Origin: Chlorokybus atmophyticus
Taxonomy: Eukaryota > Plantae > Mesostigma and Chlorokybus algae
NCBI GenBank assembly: GCA_009103225.1
Contig: RHPI01002264.1
Span: 269,727 to 333,726, forward strand
Direction: 5' to 3'
DNA: 64,000 bases
Shown: positions 25,302 through 37,329 of the stretch, piece by piece
Position numbering within the stretch: position 1 is the first letter of the stretch
Layout: each line of letters starts with the position of its first letter
Notes under the pieces: generated by a model
The model's database searches: none
Told to the model about the DNA's origin: nothing
The model's input: only the letters and a program-made list of their open reading frames with translations
Program-made: the position numbers and the translations under genes

Positions 25302-28103
25302 ACACACGGGAGACCGCCATTCCAATCACTGTCCTGCCATTCGCATATAACGCCAGCACAGTTTACGCACACAGCAACTATATCTTCAGCGGCGAGTGTG
25401 TAGATCTTACACTGACAGGACCGCATGCGCCTGATCTCGTGTTCCGGTAAGTGCTGGTGTCTGCATGCATAGATCAGTCTCGTGTTGTCTCTTCACAGCT
25501 GAGGCTCAGGGCTGTACGTTGGCGCCTGCTACCAGGTACTCTCCTGCGGCAGATGCTCTACTGGACGTTGGCACATGCCCTACCAATTTTGACACGGTGC
25601 TGTTTGTTTGCAATCCGCCGGATGGCTTGGGCAACTTCAACTGCTCTCTCGGATGTAACGATGATGGCTGTGGTTACCATGGGTCCCAATTGACTGCGCT
25701 TCAGTTCCGTGGCGGCAATACCTATTACATCGTGAGTTTGAACTTGAACTTGAATGCTGCTGCACGTATGTTGTTTTTCTCTTGGTCATCTGCGACAACG
25801 GTAGCTATGACCACTCTGTGCGGCAACCAGTATGTGACAGGTTACGATAGTGCGAGCGGTAATTTCCAGCTTACCATGAACTACACTACTTCGAGCTTGA
25901 CGTCTTCACCACCGCCACCACCATCGCCGCAGTCCCCTTTGCCTGCTCCTGCTCCGGATCCCCCACCTGCCTTTGCTCCCGCACCTGCCTTTACACCCGC
26001 ACCTGTCTATAGTTACACTTCCGCACCCGCAAGTGCCACCTCTCCATCACCGTCAGCTGCAGCTTCATCCATCACCTCTCCAACCCCAAGCACAGCCACG
26101 GCCTCAGGCAGCAGAGGCTCTGCTTCTACATCAAGCGGAAATGGTATGACATGGCTTTCTGATGTGGATAACCGTTACCACCCACTCACTGCTGTGACGG
26201 TTTGCGGCTCGTGCAGGGGCAGGGGTGGGCGGAGCGGTGGCTGGTTCCCTGCTAGCGGTGGCTTTGGTTGTCGCTGGAGGGTATGTGTATTGGCGCAAGA
26301 GACGCGGGCAGCCCATCATACCTTTCACCACCTATGCACGTGCCTCAACAATTGGAAAGCTCGATGACACACATGCGTTGTCCCCTGCAGATCTTCCTCC
26401 TCCTGCTGCAGCTGCCTTCTTCCGCTCCCCCAACGGTCACGAGCACACCATAGGTGAGTGCCTGATGTCAAAAGCAACGTAGACTGATGCAAGCACGCAA
26501 CCGCCCGCGCACAGTACCAACCCTCCCTACGCCTTTCTTTCTTCTAGCAGGGTCGCTGCCAGACGATGGTGTTGTCGTTGTACGTGTCGGTGGTCAAGAC
26601 CGCCAGCTGTCACGCACTGCTTTAGCTAGAGGCAATGCTGGCCAGCTCAGGCAGTTCTCCTTTCAGGAGATACTGGCAGCAACGCAGTGGTTCAGCGCGC
26701 AAAGGCACATCGGCAGCGGAGCCTTCGGAAACGTATACAGGTGCGCACTACATGCACGCATGCGCGCATGCAGTCATCAGAAAGTGCATCAACTGTTGTT
26801 GTGGGTCTTGACTTGACGAGGGTTTTGTCTGTGTACGCAGTGGTCGCTTGCATGATGGCACGTGGGTGGCCATCAAGCGCCTTTCTTCTTCTGCGGGTGT
26901 GGTGATGAGCAGGGAGCTGGATACGGAGATGGCTGTGCTGGCCAAGGTGCAGCATCCCAACCTCGTGCGCATGCTCGGGTTCTGCCAGGAGGACGAGCAG
27001 TGTGTGCTTGTGCTGGAGCTCCTAGACAAAGGACCGCTCGATCAACACATCTACAAACGAGGTGAGTGAGGGAGTGAACATTTATGATACAGGAGTTGGG
27101 GCAAAGTTGACTCTGGTATGGTCTGCTCAGGCAACACATTTACGTGGGCGCTTCGTCTGCGAGCGTTGTTTGGGGTCGCCAAGGCCTTGGCGTATCTGCA
27201 CCACGAGCTGCCGGAGCCACTCGTCCACAGGGACATCAAGCCGGCAAACATTCTGCTGGACGCCAACTACCAAGCCAAGGCATGCACATGTGACTGTACT
27301 ACTACTAGACTGTCGACACACCATCAGCAGGAATACACACAACACTAATGAGCACAACAACAGGTGACAGACTTCGGTCTGGTGCGCGAGGTGCCAAACA
27401 ATGCGACACATGCGCACTCTGCCGTGGCCGGCACATATGGGTATATAGTTCCAGTATTGTGCTTGACATGCAACGTAAACACGCACGTACGTGTAAATTG
27501 GAATTACAAGTCTTCACCAAAAATCACTTAGTTGTATCCTGCCCGTACAGCTACCTTGCGCCAGAGGTTGTGGAGTTTGGCATTTACCGCCCCAGCTCGG
27601 ACGTGTACTCCTTTGGGGTGGTGATGCTGGAGGTACTGACCGCTCGCAAGCCGCTGGACATGACCAGGCCCGCCACGGAGCAGCGCCTCGTGAGACTGGT
27701 AGGGAGACAGCAAAAAGTAAAGTACACGGCACGCTCCTCATTCACAAAAGATGTTCCATACCACATGCAAGCAAGTTTCAAAGCTGCACACATGCAGCGT
27801 GCACGCTGCCAGTTTCATTTCTTGTACTGTATTTACTTGGCTGCATGAGGACATCATGCATGTACGCGCCCACATATATACACATATACGCAGGCTGTGT
27901 CGAAGGTGGCAGAGGGTCCTGGTCCGTTCTCCACCCTGTTGGACCCCACGCTGCAGCTGCGCGAGCACGGCGACGTGGCTCAGGCGTTTGGCGTGGCGAG
28001 GCTGGCCGCCCGCTGCGTGGCCAAGGAGGCGGAGACGCGGCCCGATGCGAGGGAGGTGGTGGCCAGGCTGGAGGAGGTGGGGTGGTGGGGTGGGAGTTTG
28101 TGA
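25023..28103 (+). CDS. Receptor-like kinase (RLK/Pelle, RD kinase) with PPC-like ectodomain, Pro/Ser-rich stalk and TM helix
   Basis: Signal peptide [25 protein letters not shown]. Ectodomain [15 protein letters not shown]...APDLVFRYSP...[13 protein letters not shown]...CNDDGCG..GS...[52 protein letters not shown]. Kinase [73 protein letters not shown] and RPDAREVV. Introns are GT-AG. Confidence 0.92.
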
Positions 28104-28599
28104 TGTTGCTTAGATGTGGCTGAGAGATGTTTGTTACACCACATAGCTATACGGTTGAATATCTCACCTGTCATTTAAGTAATGAAGCTGTGGGTCATCA
28201 TTGGAAAACTTTTTGATGCCTGGCCATTGTGAGCAGGCATATAATAACAGGGCAACACGCATTGGGAACACGATACAACAGCATGTCACCATCTGAGCAG
28301 ACAACAAACTGATGTATCTGCAAAGTTAGCGACATTGCCATAGTGATGTAGCAACGGATTGGAGAAATAGATAGTTACTACGTTTGCATGTTGGGATGGG
28401 CAACACTATTTGCGTGCAAAGTGGCAGGTCCAAGTTGGATAAACTGTTGCATCACATGTACCTATGTGCATATTGACAGGTATGCATGCTTTACGCGTAA
28501 TTGTCGGGCTGCGCAGGGTTGAATGTGAAGCTGTCTCGAGTTGTTCAGGTGTGATGGTGTGGGTGTGTGAGAATGGCTGCACATGTGTTCATGGTGGCG

Positions 28600-29560
28600 T
28601 GTGACACAAGTGAAGGCAAAAGAATACCCCCCTGCTGAGGATACTGGGTATAGGCTCATGGGATAGATCCCACGTGCGTGTATGGCCAAGGGCAAACATA
28701 TTAATAACCATAGGCGTGACAGCTGTCGGGCCTGGCAGGCTCGTGTGCCTTTCCGGATCGATCCCAACTGTACGGCCATGATGAAGACTGGTGACAGTCT
28801 TAAGGATGCCTAGGAGTGTAGCTGCACAGTGCGGAAGGCGAAGAATACCCCCTTGGCTGCAGCTGCTTGTATGCATAACACATACGGTGATACCAACCTG
28901 TGATGCCATTGAGTGTACTGTAGGCTCTGCGTGTGGAATGCCCTGCTAACAATGTAGAAGAGAGCAAGTCAACAAGCCACCCCCCTGTGAACTTGGGAAG
29001 TCTGCTCTTGTGAGCAGTTCTTAACGAAAATGGGGAGGCCCGTTGATGCGGCTGTCCTCACACAGGATGCCTCCAGGGGCACAGCGTCTTTTGGAGGGTC
29101 GAGGCATTAGCAATGCATGCCGGCGTTGCAGTCATTGCACAACATCAAGAGTGCGTCGTCGGCGACACTGCCGCACTTCTCACACCGCTTGCTGCGGCTG
29201 GGGCATGGATGCTGTGATGATGTTGAAACCTGCAACGTGTGGAAGGTGACATAAAGCACAGTCACAAGAGTCTTCATGTTGTCCTTGAGTCGCTCGCCAT
29301 CATCGCCGAGCAGTTGCAGGACTCTGGAGGGGAGCACTTTCAGAAAGTTGCAGATGACGCGCTTGTCACTGATGTGCACATGCATGGTGTCGTGGGTGTG
29401 GGTCATGCGGTAAACATAGTCACCTGCCTCGAAGCGGCGATCGCGCTATTCGTAATACCCACTGCGAACACACTCGTAGTGCAGCGTGTTGCGGTGCTGA
29501 CGATGTGGAGATTGCGCATGGCCATGGGAATGATAACACGGTATGCTATTGTAATCACAG
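28600..29560 (-). mobile_element. 3' fragment of the DNMT-Gypsy family (integrase C-terminus, PHD finger, 3' trailer)
   Basis: IPMAMRNLHI matches VPMAMSNLRI at about 39865. CEKCGSVADDALLMLCNDCNAGMHC is a PHD finger. GGGGGGTGGCTTGTTGACT matches the motif near 40400. Confidence 0.8.
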
Positions 29561-31825
29561 GTTGTCCGCACTTCCTACCAACTGGGCAAATCGCATATCA
29601 TTGCAGAACCTGCGGATTGCTACCCTCGAGCACAATGCAGTACTACTGTTGTACATGGTGGCTAACATAACAAATCGCAGCATCAGCCCACAATGACAAC
29701 TTGTAAATAACCCAGCGTATGCTGATGGCCCTGGAGTGAGTCGCTACCTGCAACGCTGTCTCTGACATGTTGCAGTTCGTGGACTACAGCACGCCTACTT
29801 CTCCAATGTGGTCCCTGTCGAACACGGTTTTATTGAACCTTCTCCAGTGAGGCAATCTCGTGCCTCTGCAGCGATGGAGGAACGCGGATGCAACACAATG
29901 ACACGCCACAGAGCTCGAGCCGCTTCCATGCTGTGCGTTTGCAACCCTAGCGGTGAAGGGGCTGCCCTGCAGTCACACCTTCTTCAGGGTAGAAGGCCTG
30001 TAGTGCGTCATGATGTGTGCTAATGCTCGCTCGCTGTCGTGAGGAGCCGAATGCTGTGGTCACGCTCTATCTCCACTAAGCATACAAACCACTCCCACAA
30101 ATTGTGATGTACATAAACTCGTATTCCTTCTTGTTGGCGTGCAACTCCACGTGTTCGTTTATTAAATGGTCTAGTCCGAAACTCGATCTCAGCCGTCCGA
30201 TTTGCAATTGACATATGCCATATCCAGTTTTCCTCTAACGACTTGTGTCAGAGGAGGCATTGATATGAAAATTAGCAAGGCCATATCGCATGGCCCATTT
30301 GATAATTACAATACCAAACTCGTTTCGGCGGCATAATGGCTTAAGTCGCACTCGCTTCGCTCGTCGAGACATAAGCCGTATCGCCGCCTCACTCGTTCAA
30401 TATTCTATATGTACTTTGCGCTCACATACATAGCATCAGTAGATCTCATGCGTGCCATAATTGACGTTGTCCTCCAGCAAGTGCCCGGCCCCTACAGTGT
30501 GCTCCAGCGCTTTGCTGTTCGTTCCCAAGTACTCTTCAGACATGACTCGCCATTGCTGCAGCAGGGCATCGACGTAGTCCATGTGGCCTCTTGTCCATCC
30601 CTCGACCCGTGTGATTGAACATGCGGAATACCTCATGCACATCATTGTCACGCTAACCGTCCAGGAGGGCTCATTTCCCTCGTGTATGCCTACATCCGAC
30701 CTGTCTTCCGAGCTACCGGCATACATGTCCCCTTCAACCAGTCCAACTCTCCCGTGCTACTGGCATCAGTCCTTCACCACCACTGAGTAGTTCCATGACA
30801 ATCCTCATAGGTACTCCGCGCAGCTGACACGTTGGAGTTCCGACCCTACACCCGCGACTTCCTAACCATACGCTGGAAGTCACGACCACCTAGCCTCACG
30901 ATCCAGTCAAGAACTTGGAACTTCCAACCAGGAGGTCCCTCGATTCTAGCTGCCCGTGAATAGACTCGCTTTCTGCCGTTTAAACTAGATAGTTTAATAT
31001 TGAACAATTAATGAATAGCCGTGATTAGACCGGTTAAGCTTGCTAAACCAATGGCTCACATGTGTTCATACGATAGTATGAGTAGATAGACTGTTTACTT
31101 ATATGCTTGGTGAAACTGTGAGTGAGTATAAGCGCATAGACTTGCAAAAGTGTAATAGCTGCTTATGTTGTAAAGCGTGAAGTTTGCTATTGCATGCTGC
31201 AAGTGTTGTGTTGTTGCGAGACTCGGAGACAATAAGTGAAGGGGTGCGACTGCACACAGCAAGCCATTTCGGTTGACAAGAAGCCTTCATACCTATGAGA
31301 GAGTGCAACGTCTGCAGCGTGCGTGTTTCTCTGATCTCACTGTATGTGAGCTTGGTTGCATTGTGGGCACGGTGCGAACAATTACCATCCGGGTGTGGCA
31401 TCACTTTGTTGCTACATTCATTCACCTCACTTAACAGTTGATATACCCATCTTCACTCACACAAGGTTCTGCAATTACGGCACTACATCTAGTAGTGGCT
31501 TGTTGACTCACATTTTCACCCACCTATCCTTAAGAGAGTGCGTGTGCACCAATGTTGCTTGCATCATTGCAATAGTGGTCGTGTTCGCACTGGGTGGTAG
31601 CATGATTTGCTTGCACATAGCGCACCATCAGTCGCAAGTGTGTGAGGTGATGTGCGAGTGGTTTACCAGTAGAGCACACACACTCTACTGGCTGCATACC
31701 CTCTCTCAGCGTGCACCTGCATGAGTGAGACTCAGTTTTTAGGAGCCCACATGCTCGCAACTACGGTGGCCCTGTTCTGAGAACTTTCTAAAAAGAGCCC
31801 CAGTGACTTTGTCGGCTGGATACCA

Positions 31826-33030
31826 TTGTCATCCTCGTCATACCAGAGGCGTTTGAGCTATGGATCCCGTCCGTCATCAGCTCACAGTTCCCGTCAATCC
31901 ACTTCTCGTTATCGTCTTCACGCCCACGACGCTGTTGTCGACATTGACGACATAGAGTCCCTTGGCAACAAGCACGCGCTGTACTTCTCTGACCGTCCTG
32001 GCACCACCCCTCTGGATGACTTCATTGTCAAGTTCGACTCCAAGATGTGCTACCAGGCATCCAAGCTCGGCCATTGGTCAGATGAGATGTCCTACAAGGA
32101 AAGCTTCGCGTCGCTGCCCAATACCTTAAGCATGAAGCTCAGCGATTCTAGACGTCTGTAGCCATTCAGCACCGCATCGCCGGTTTTCGAGACACTGTCA
32201 TTGTCCCCTTGCCCTTGGCTGCCCCTGCACCCGTGTTTCAACCTGGACCCCTGCCTGGGACCGTGCTGGGTGACGCGCTGGCAACCGCTGCAGCTGAAGC
32301 GGAAGCAACCAACCCACATGTTGTCCAAGGGGACATGACTGCTGAAGAGTTTGTCGAGGCTCCACATCTATGTGCATATGAGGTGGAGTTGCGTGTCCAG
32401 AGTATCCGACGAGAGCGCCACTAGGAGCAGGGGCAGGAGGAGCATGAGGAGCACCTGCGGCAATAGCAGCTGCTCCTCCTGCTCCTCCTGCCCCTGTTGT
32501 TGGCAACGCTGCTGCTGCCTCACCCAAGCCAACACGTGCCACCAACCAGACGCTGTTCCGAGCCTGCGGCATCTCCGTGGGATCAGCCATTGTCGGCCGG
32601 CCATCCTTCACAATCAGAGTGGACTCCACTCTGACTCGGACGTGTCGGACACGTCCGAGTCTCCACTCCAAGACCTGTACGCTGCCCTACGGCGCACCTT
32701 TCCTGCTCAGAACAGCCAAAGAGCTGCGTCGCTTCCCGCAAGATTGGTGAGGACCCTCTGCGCATGTACACGCGCCTGGCTCAGCTGCTGAGAGACACGA
32801 CCTATGGCATCATCAGCGACGAAGTTGCTGCTGTCTTGTCTTGTTTGTCATCCAATTGGAACACCCGCAGAGTGACACCGTCAGCCAGACCCTGAACAAC
32901 ACGCGGCCACACGGTTACTCTCTGTCTCAGGCTTTTGAGGTAGCATTTGCGCTATACGAACGGCGTGTGTGGGAGAAGGCAGTCCTGGACATGAACAGCT
33001 CCAGTTTACGCGCACCGGCTCCCTCGCCTT
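31826..33030 (+). pseudogene. gag-like ORF of the DNMT-Gypsy element
   Basis: First ORF of the element; the N-terminal segment is conserved with the copy at 6700-6900; interrupted by stops. Confidence 0.55.
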
Positions 33031-33984
33031 AGTCAAGATGAGAACGGACTCGCATCAGTTCTTGACACAATGAAGGCGCACCAAAGGCAGCTCATGCTGC
33101 CTGCACTCCCTGCTCCCGTCCTATGCCATCGTCGTGGGCGCCACGGACATAATAAAAAGGAGTGTACGGTCGAGTACGACACCCTGGTGTGTGACCACTG
33201 CTAGCAGACGGGACATCTGGAGGCATTGTGGTACACCAAGCACCCTGAGTTGGGGCCAGCCGGTGGCTACAACTATAACAACAACAACACTGGCAACAAC
33301 ACTGGCTCGCGCCGAGACGACGCCAATGGCTATCGTGGGAAGAACCGCCCCTCACAACAAAAACAAAACAACAACGGGCGCGCACGCGTCGCTGCCACAC
33401 AAAAGGCACCAGCCACAGAGACACTTGAGGTAGTCGCGTGCAGCTCTCACCGCATGGGTGGACGAGCTCACTGCTCAGCTGAAAAGGCAGGGCGATGATT
33501 ACCAGGCCTGCTACGCTGTTTTCCGTTACACTGGCGTGGCAACCAAGCGTGATCGGGACTCTCACCGCGAGGGCAAGAGGCACAACGTCTCGCAGGTGAA
33601 GCGGCAGCCGCAAGGCAAGCGCCAATTGCAGCTTCAGACACCCCGGAGGCGTCAGCTGAGGCTTCCACCTCGGCCATACCAGAGGCACCGGGACCAATAC
33701 GCGCAGGTCGCGCACAACAGCGGGCACTCCAACAGGGTGCTGCCGCCGCCGCCGTCCAGCAGGCCACCGTTGTAGATGACTCGAGTGGTGCCGTCTGTGC
33801 TGCCGAGGCTATCTACGCTGCTAACCCAAACCACTTCAGCTGCACGCCTTGCAGCTGCGGGGTTCACCACCGCCGTCGCCGCTCGCGAAGCCTTGGAGGA
33901 TGAAATTGTCAACGGCATAGGCCCCACACTACACGAGCGCCGTGAGCTATCACACCAGCACTACAACTTATAGGTAGCGCAGCT

Positions 33985-34132
33985 GGCCTTTACCGTCTTC
34001 TGAGGGCTCTGAACACGCTATCGCGCCGCCCCTCCACCATGCCCAGCAGAGACTCTGAGGCCTTTACCGTCTTCTGGGGGCTCTAGACACGCTATCGCGC
34101 CGCCCCTCCACCATGCCCAGCATAGACTCTCA
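33985..34132. repeat. Tandem duplication, 74-bp period, two copies
   Basis: GGCCTTTACCGTCTTCTG...CACGCTATCGCGCCGCCCCTCCACCATGCCCAGCA starts at 33985 and at 34059. Confidence 0.9.
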
Positions 34133-35430
34133 GGCAGGACCCCTCTCCGCTTGGCCCGCTGGACACTAACGATAATACGCGCATTTTAGCCCGGCCCCGC
34201 TCTTTGACAATGTCAACCTGCTGACCCTGACACAGCCGGACTTCACCATGCGTCTCGTGACCTTAGCCCAAGTACACACATGGGCAGTGGCGCAAAGACG
34301 GGCCCAACAGCAGAGGCCACCTGCCACGCATCCCCCGGCACCATTAAGGACACCCCTCGGAGCTGCACACGAGGCTGCACAGAGCCCCGAGGAGTTGCGA
34401 CTGCTAATGATTTGGCCACCAGAGCAGCGCTATCTTGGGCTGGGCTACTTGACACCTGAAGGATACCTTCATCGCTCGGGCGCGGGCTTGGCAAAGGAGC
34501 AGCGCATCCGTATCTAGATCATGCAGGATCTGAACCCCAACGCCGGCTACATCACACGGCGTCTTCGCGACCTGCTGGGACACCATCCTCTATACCGGGT
34601 ACAGGTGCAAGCCCTACTGGATGGTGCACAACCACCCCGCCGTGCCCATGATTGCATTCGGTATTCGCTGGGAATGGCTGAGCGCGTTCGTGCGATCCAT
34701 GATGCAAGCACTCGACGAGGAGGGGGGCCAGGCGCTAACCAACGCCATCAACATAGCTGATGTTCTCTCACGGATGCCAGGAGCCAAAGCAGCCAGACAA
34801 CATGACCGCATCCGCATCTTCTACAAACAGCGGCATGTTCGTCAGCATCGGGAACCAACCACCACCCTTTGCGTTCGCGCTATAGCGGTGCTGGAGATGG
34901 GAATCGTGGGTGGTCGCTGATCGCCGTGTTATATTAGAGATACTGCGCGTAAACACCCTCACTCACATTCACGGACAAAAGCTGATCATGACCCTCTACT
35001 TGCCAATGCGTCGCGTAGAGTTCCATGACCACGATCACGAACCCTCGGCTATATGGGAAACCACGCTAGTAAGGGAAGCATCACAGAAAGCGCGATGCTT
35101 TCTATTCAAGACATTTCGACCAAGCAACTTTGGATTCCCACGACGCCAAGACGGTGAATTAGGGCCACCAGAGGGTCCTTTGCCGTCATCAACAGCTGGT
35201 GGAGCATGACCATCCCAGCCACCAGCACCGCTAGGTGGCTTGCCCGGCGCTGGTCAGCCACAGCAACCACCATCAGGTGGATGATCAGGCACAGGTAAGC
35301 GCACAACCATGGCAGCACAGCGCACCATTACCCCTGCCTCTACACCGTTCTCTGCCTCCGCACCGCACCGTGCTCATGACCGACTCAGCGTCTCAGCCAA
35401 CGCTGTCATGATCGCCACCAAGGCAAGCAC

Positions 35431-35751
35431 GTGCTCATTGCCGGCAGAGCACAAAAGAGAGTATTATTGGACACCGGCGCACAGCCCGTGTTCATTGGCA
35501 AGCACCTCGCGCGCACCCTCGGCATCACCGCAGCTGTCCTACGCCCTTGCCCGTACTCCCTCAGCACTATGCTCGATACTGAGCAGCAAGCACTTGACAT
35601 CACAGTGCGTGCCATCACCCTTGTAGAACTCGACCCTGCTCACACCACCACGGTGGACTGGCACTCTGTGGGTACGGACTCTGGTAAATATGACCTGATC
35701 CTCGGGCAGGAGTTCAACTTTCTTATCAGCATCGAGCTCAGCTGCTGGTAA
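35431..35751 (+). pseudogene. Retropepsin-type aspartic protease
   Basis: RVLLDTGAQPVFI (DTG active site) and YDLILG. Confidence 0.85.
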
Positions 35752-36096
35752 AAGAAGACATGGTTTTGACCCACTTGGTACACCGGCAGCAGCATCGCTG
35801 CAGAACTCCATGTCACCATGATCGCGACAATGCCAACACACGCAGTGCATCGATGGCAGTTCGCATCGAAGGCTTTGATCGCATCCCCTACAACGACACC
35901 CAGCAACCAGCAGGTGTGGAGGTGGCTCTGCAGGACCCCACGCACCAATCAACAACAAGCCGTCATCGCTGCCAACTCTCTGCTGCACACATAAAGCTTC
36001 CCAAAGTTCCTTGCCTACCGTAAACCAAGGTGTGTCCGTGAACAGCATTGTGTGGTGATGGGCATGGTAGAGTTCCACGCATTCAGGCGCAGACAT

Positions 36097-37060
36097 GGCA
36101 TCACACTGCCGGAGCTCTTCGGAGGCATCGGCAGCGGCCTCGCCAGTCCTCAACGCCGGCATCATGGTCAACCAGTCTTACTACTGTGAGCCTGATCCAC
36201 ATGCACAGACCGCGCTGAAGCACCATCTCCAACTGTTGCACGAATGCCACCCCGAGCAACTGCCACTGTCCGCACTCAACGGCAGCCTCCGCGCACTGCC
36301 GCAAGACATCCGGCCTCATCTTCAGACACCATTTGCTCGCACTTGCTAATACCGACTTGCTCATCGCAGGCTGGGAGTGTCAAGGCTATTCCAAAGCTGA
36401 CACTAGCAAAGGATTGAAGGATCCGCGCTCCACGCTGTTCACGGAGCTGCTGCGTGTCATTCACATTTTGCAACATCACCAGAATGCCAGACCACTGGCC
36501 TACATCTTGGCCAGAATTTATTCTATTCGTATTCTGAGGATGACAACCGGCCCAACGTAAGGGAGAACTTCCACCACATGCTGGGACACTCTGTGCGCAT
36601 CAACGCAGCACGTCACGGGTCACGCGCACACCGCATCCTCGCCAAGTGGACCAACCTGGCTGTGGAGAAATTGTCCATGGCGGAACACCGGTTCAGCATC
36701 ACGGCTGCAAGGCCTAACAATGGATGCCAATTTGGACCCCGATCGCAAGGCTCAACCCATCGCTTGCCTCGAGCACGCACGCTTCTATCCGTGCAACCAA
36801 CCCAGCCAACCTCGCCGCGCACTGCCCATATTGGTGTCATACCCTGGCTCTTACGCCTTTCGTAATGGATGGGAGGGCATGGTATGGGACAGCACCACAG
36901 GTCGTCTAGAAGAACCCAATGCACGAGAGCGCAAACACACGCCACGGGTTTCTTCCTACACACTGTTTCTGTTGCCCACCTTACCGACAATCACCGACAA
37001 CAGCTGCTAGGCCGTGCCATAGACCAAAATAGCATGGTGTGGTTGCTGAAGACGTGTTTC
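36097..37060 (+). pseudogene. C5 cytosine DNA methyltransferase domain embedded in pol (frameshifted)
   Basis: Motif I GITLPELFGGIGSGL. Motif IV DLLIAGWECQGYS with the catalytic Cys. Motif VI-like AYIL/QN across a frameshift. Motif VIII INAARHGSRAHRILAKWTN. Motif IX EEPNARER. Motif X QLLGRAID. Confidence 0.88.
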
Positions 37061-37329
37061 GCCATTCAAGATCGTCATGTGTCCCTTGAGGACTTCGAAC
37101 ACATGACCGGGGGGTGGATCAATCGCCCTCAACATGTACAGGCTTACACAGCACTCGATACCGCTCGCATGGCGGAGCAAGCAGCAGTCATGGTTGAAGA
37201 CATCCCCGCGAAGGCCAATGCCATGTCCTGGGATCACGCCATAAGCCGCCTCGCTCTCGACACCATGAGATCAGCTGGAGGCCTTGCTGAACAAACGGAG
37301 AGCACAGTTCAGCTTCCACGTCAAGGAGT

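Noticed and set aside
30409-30960. Stop-interrupted plus-strand frame upstream of the DNMT-Gypsy element
   Set aside because: No recognisable motifs; cannot support any call.
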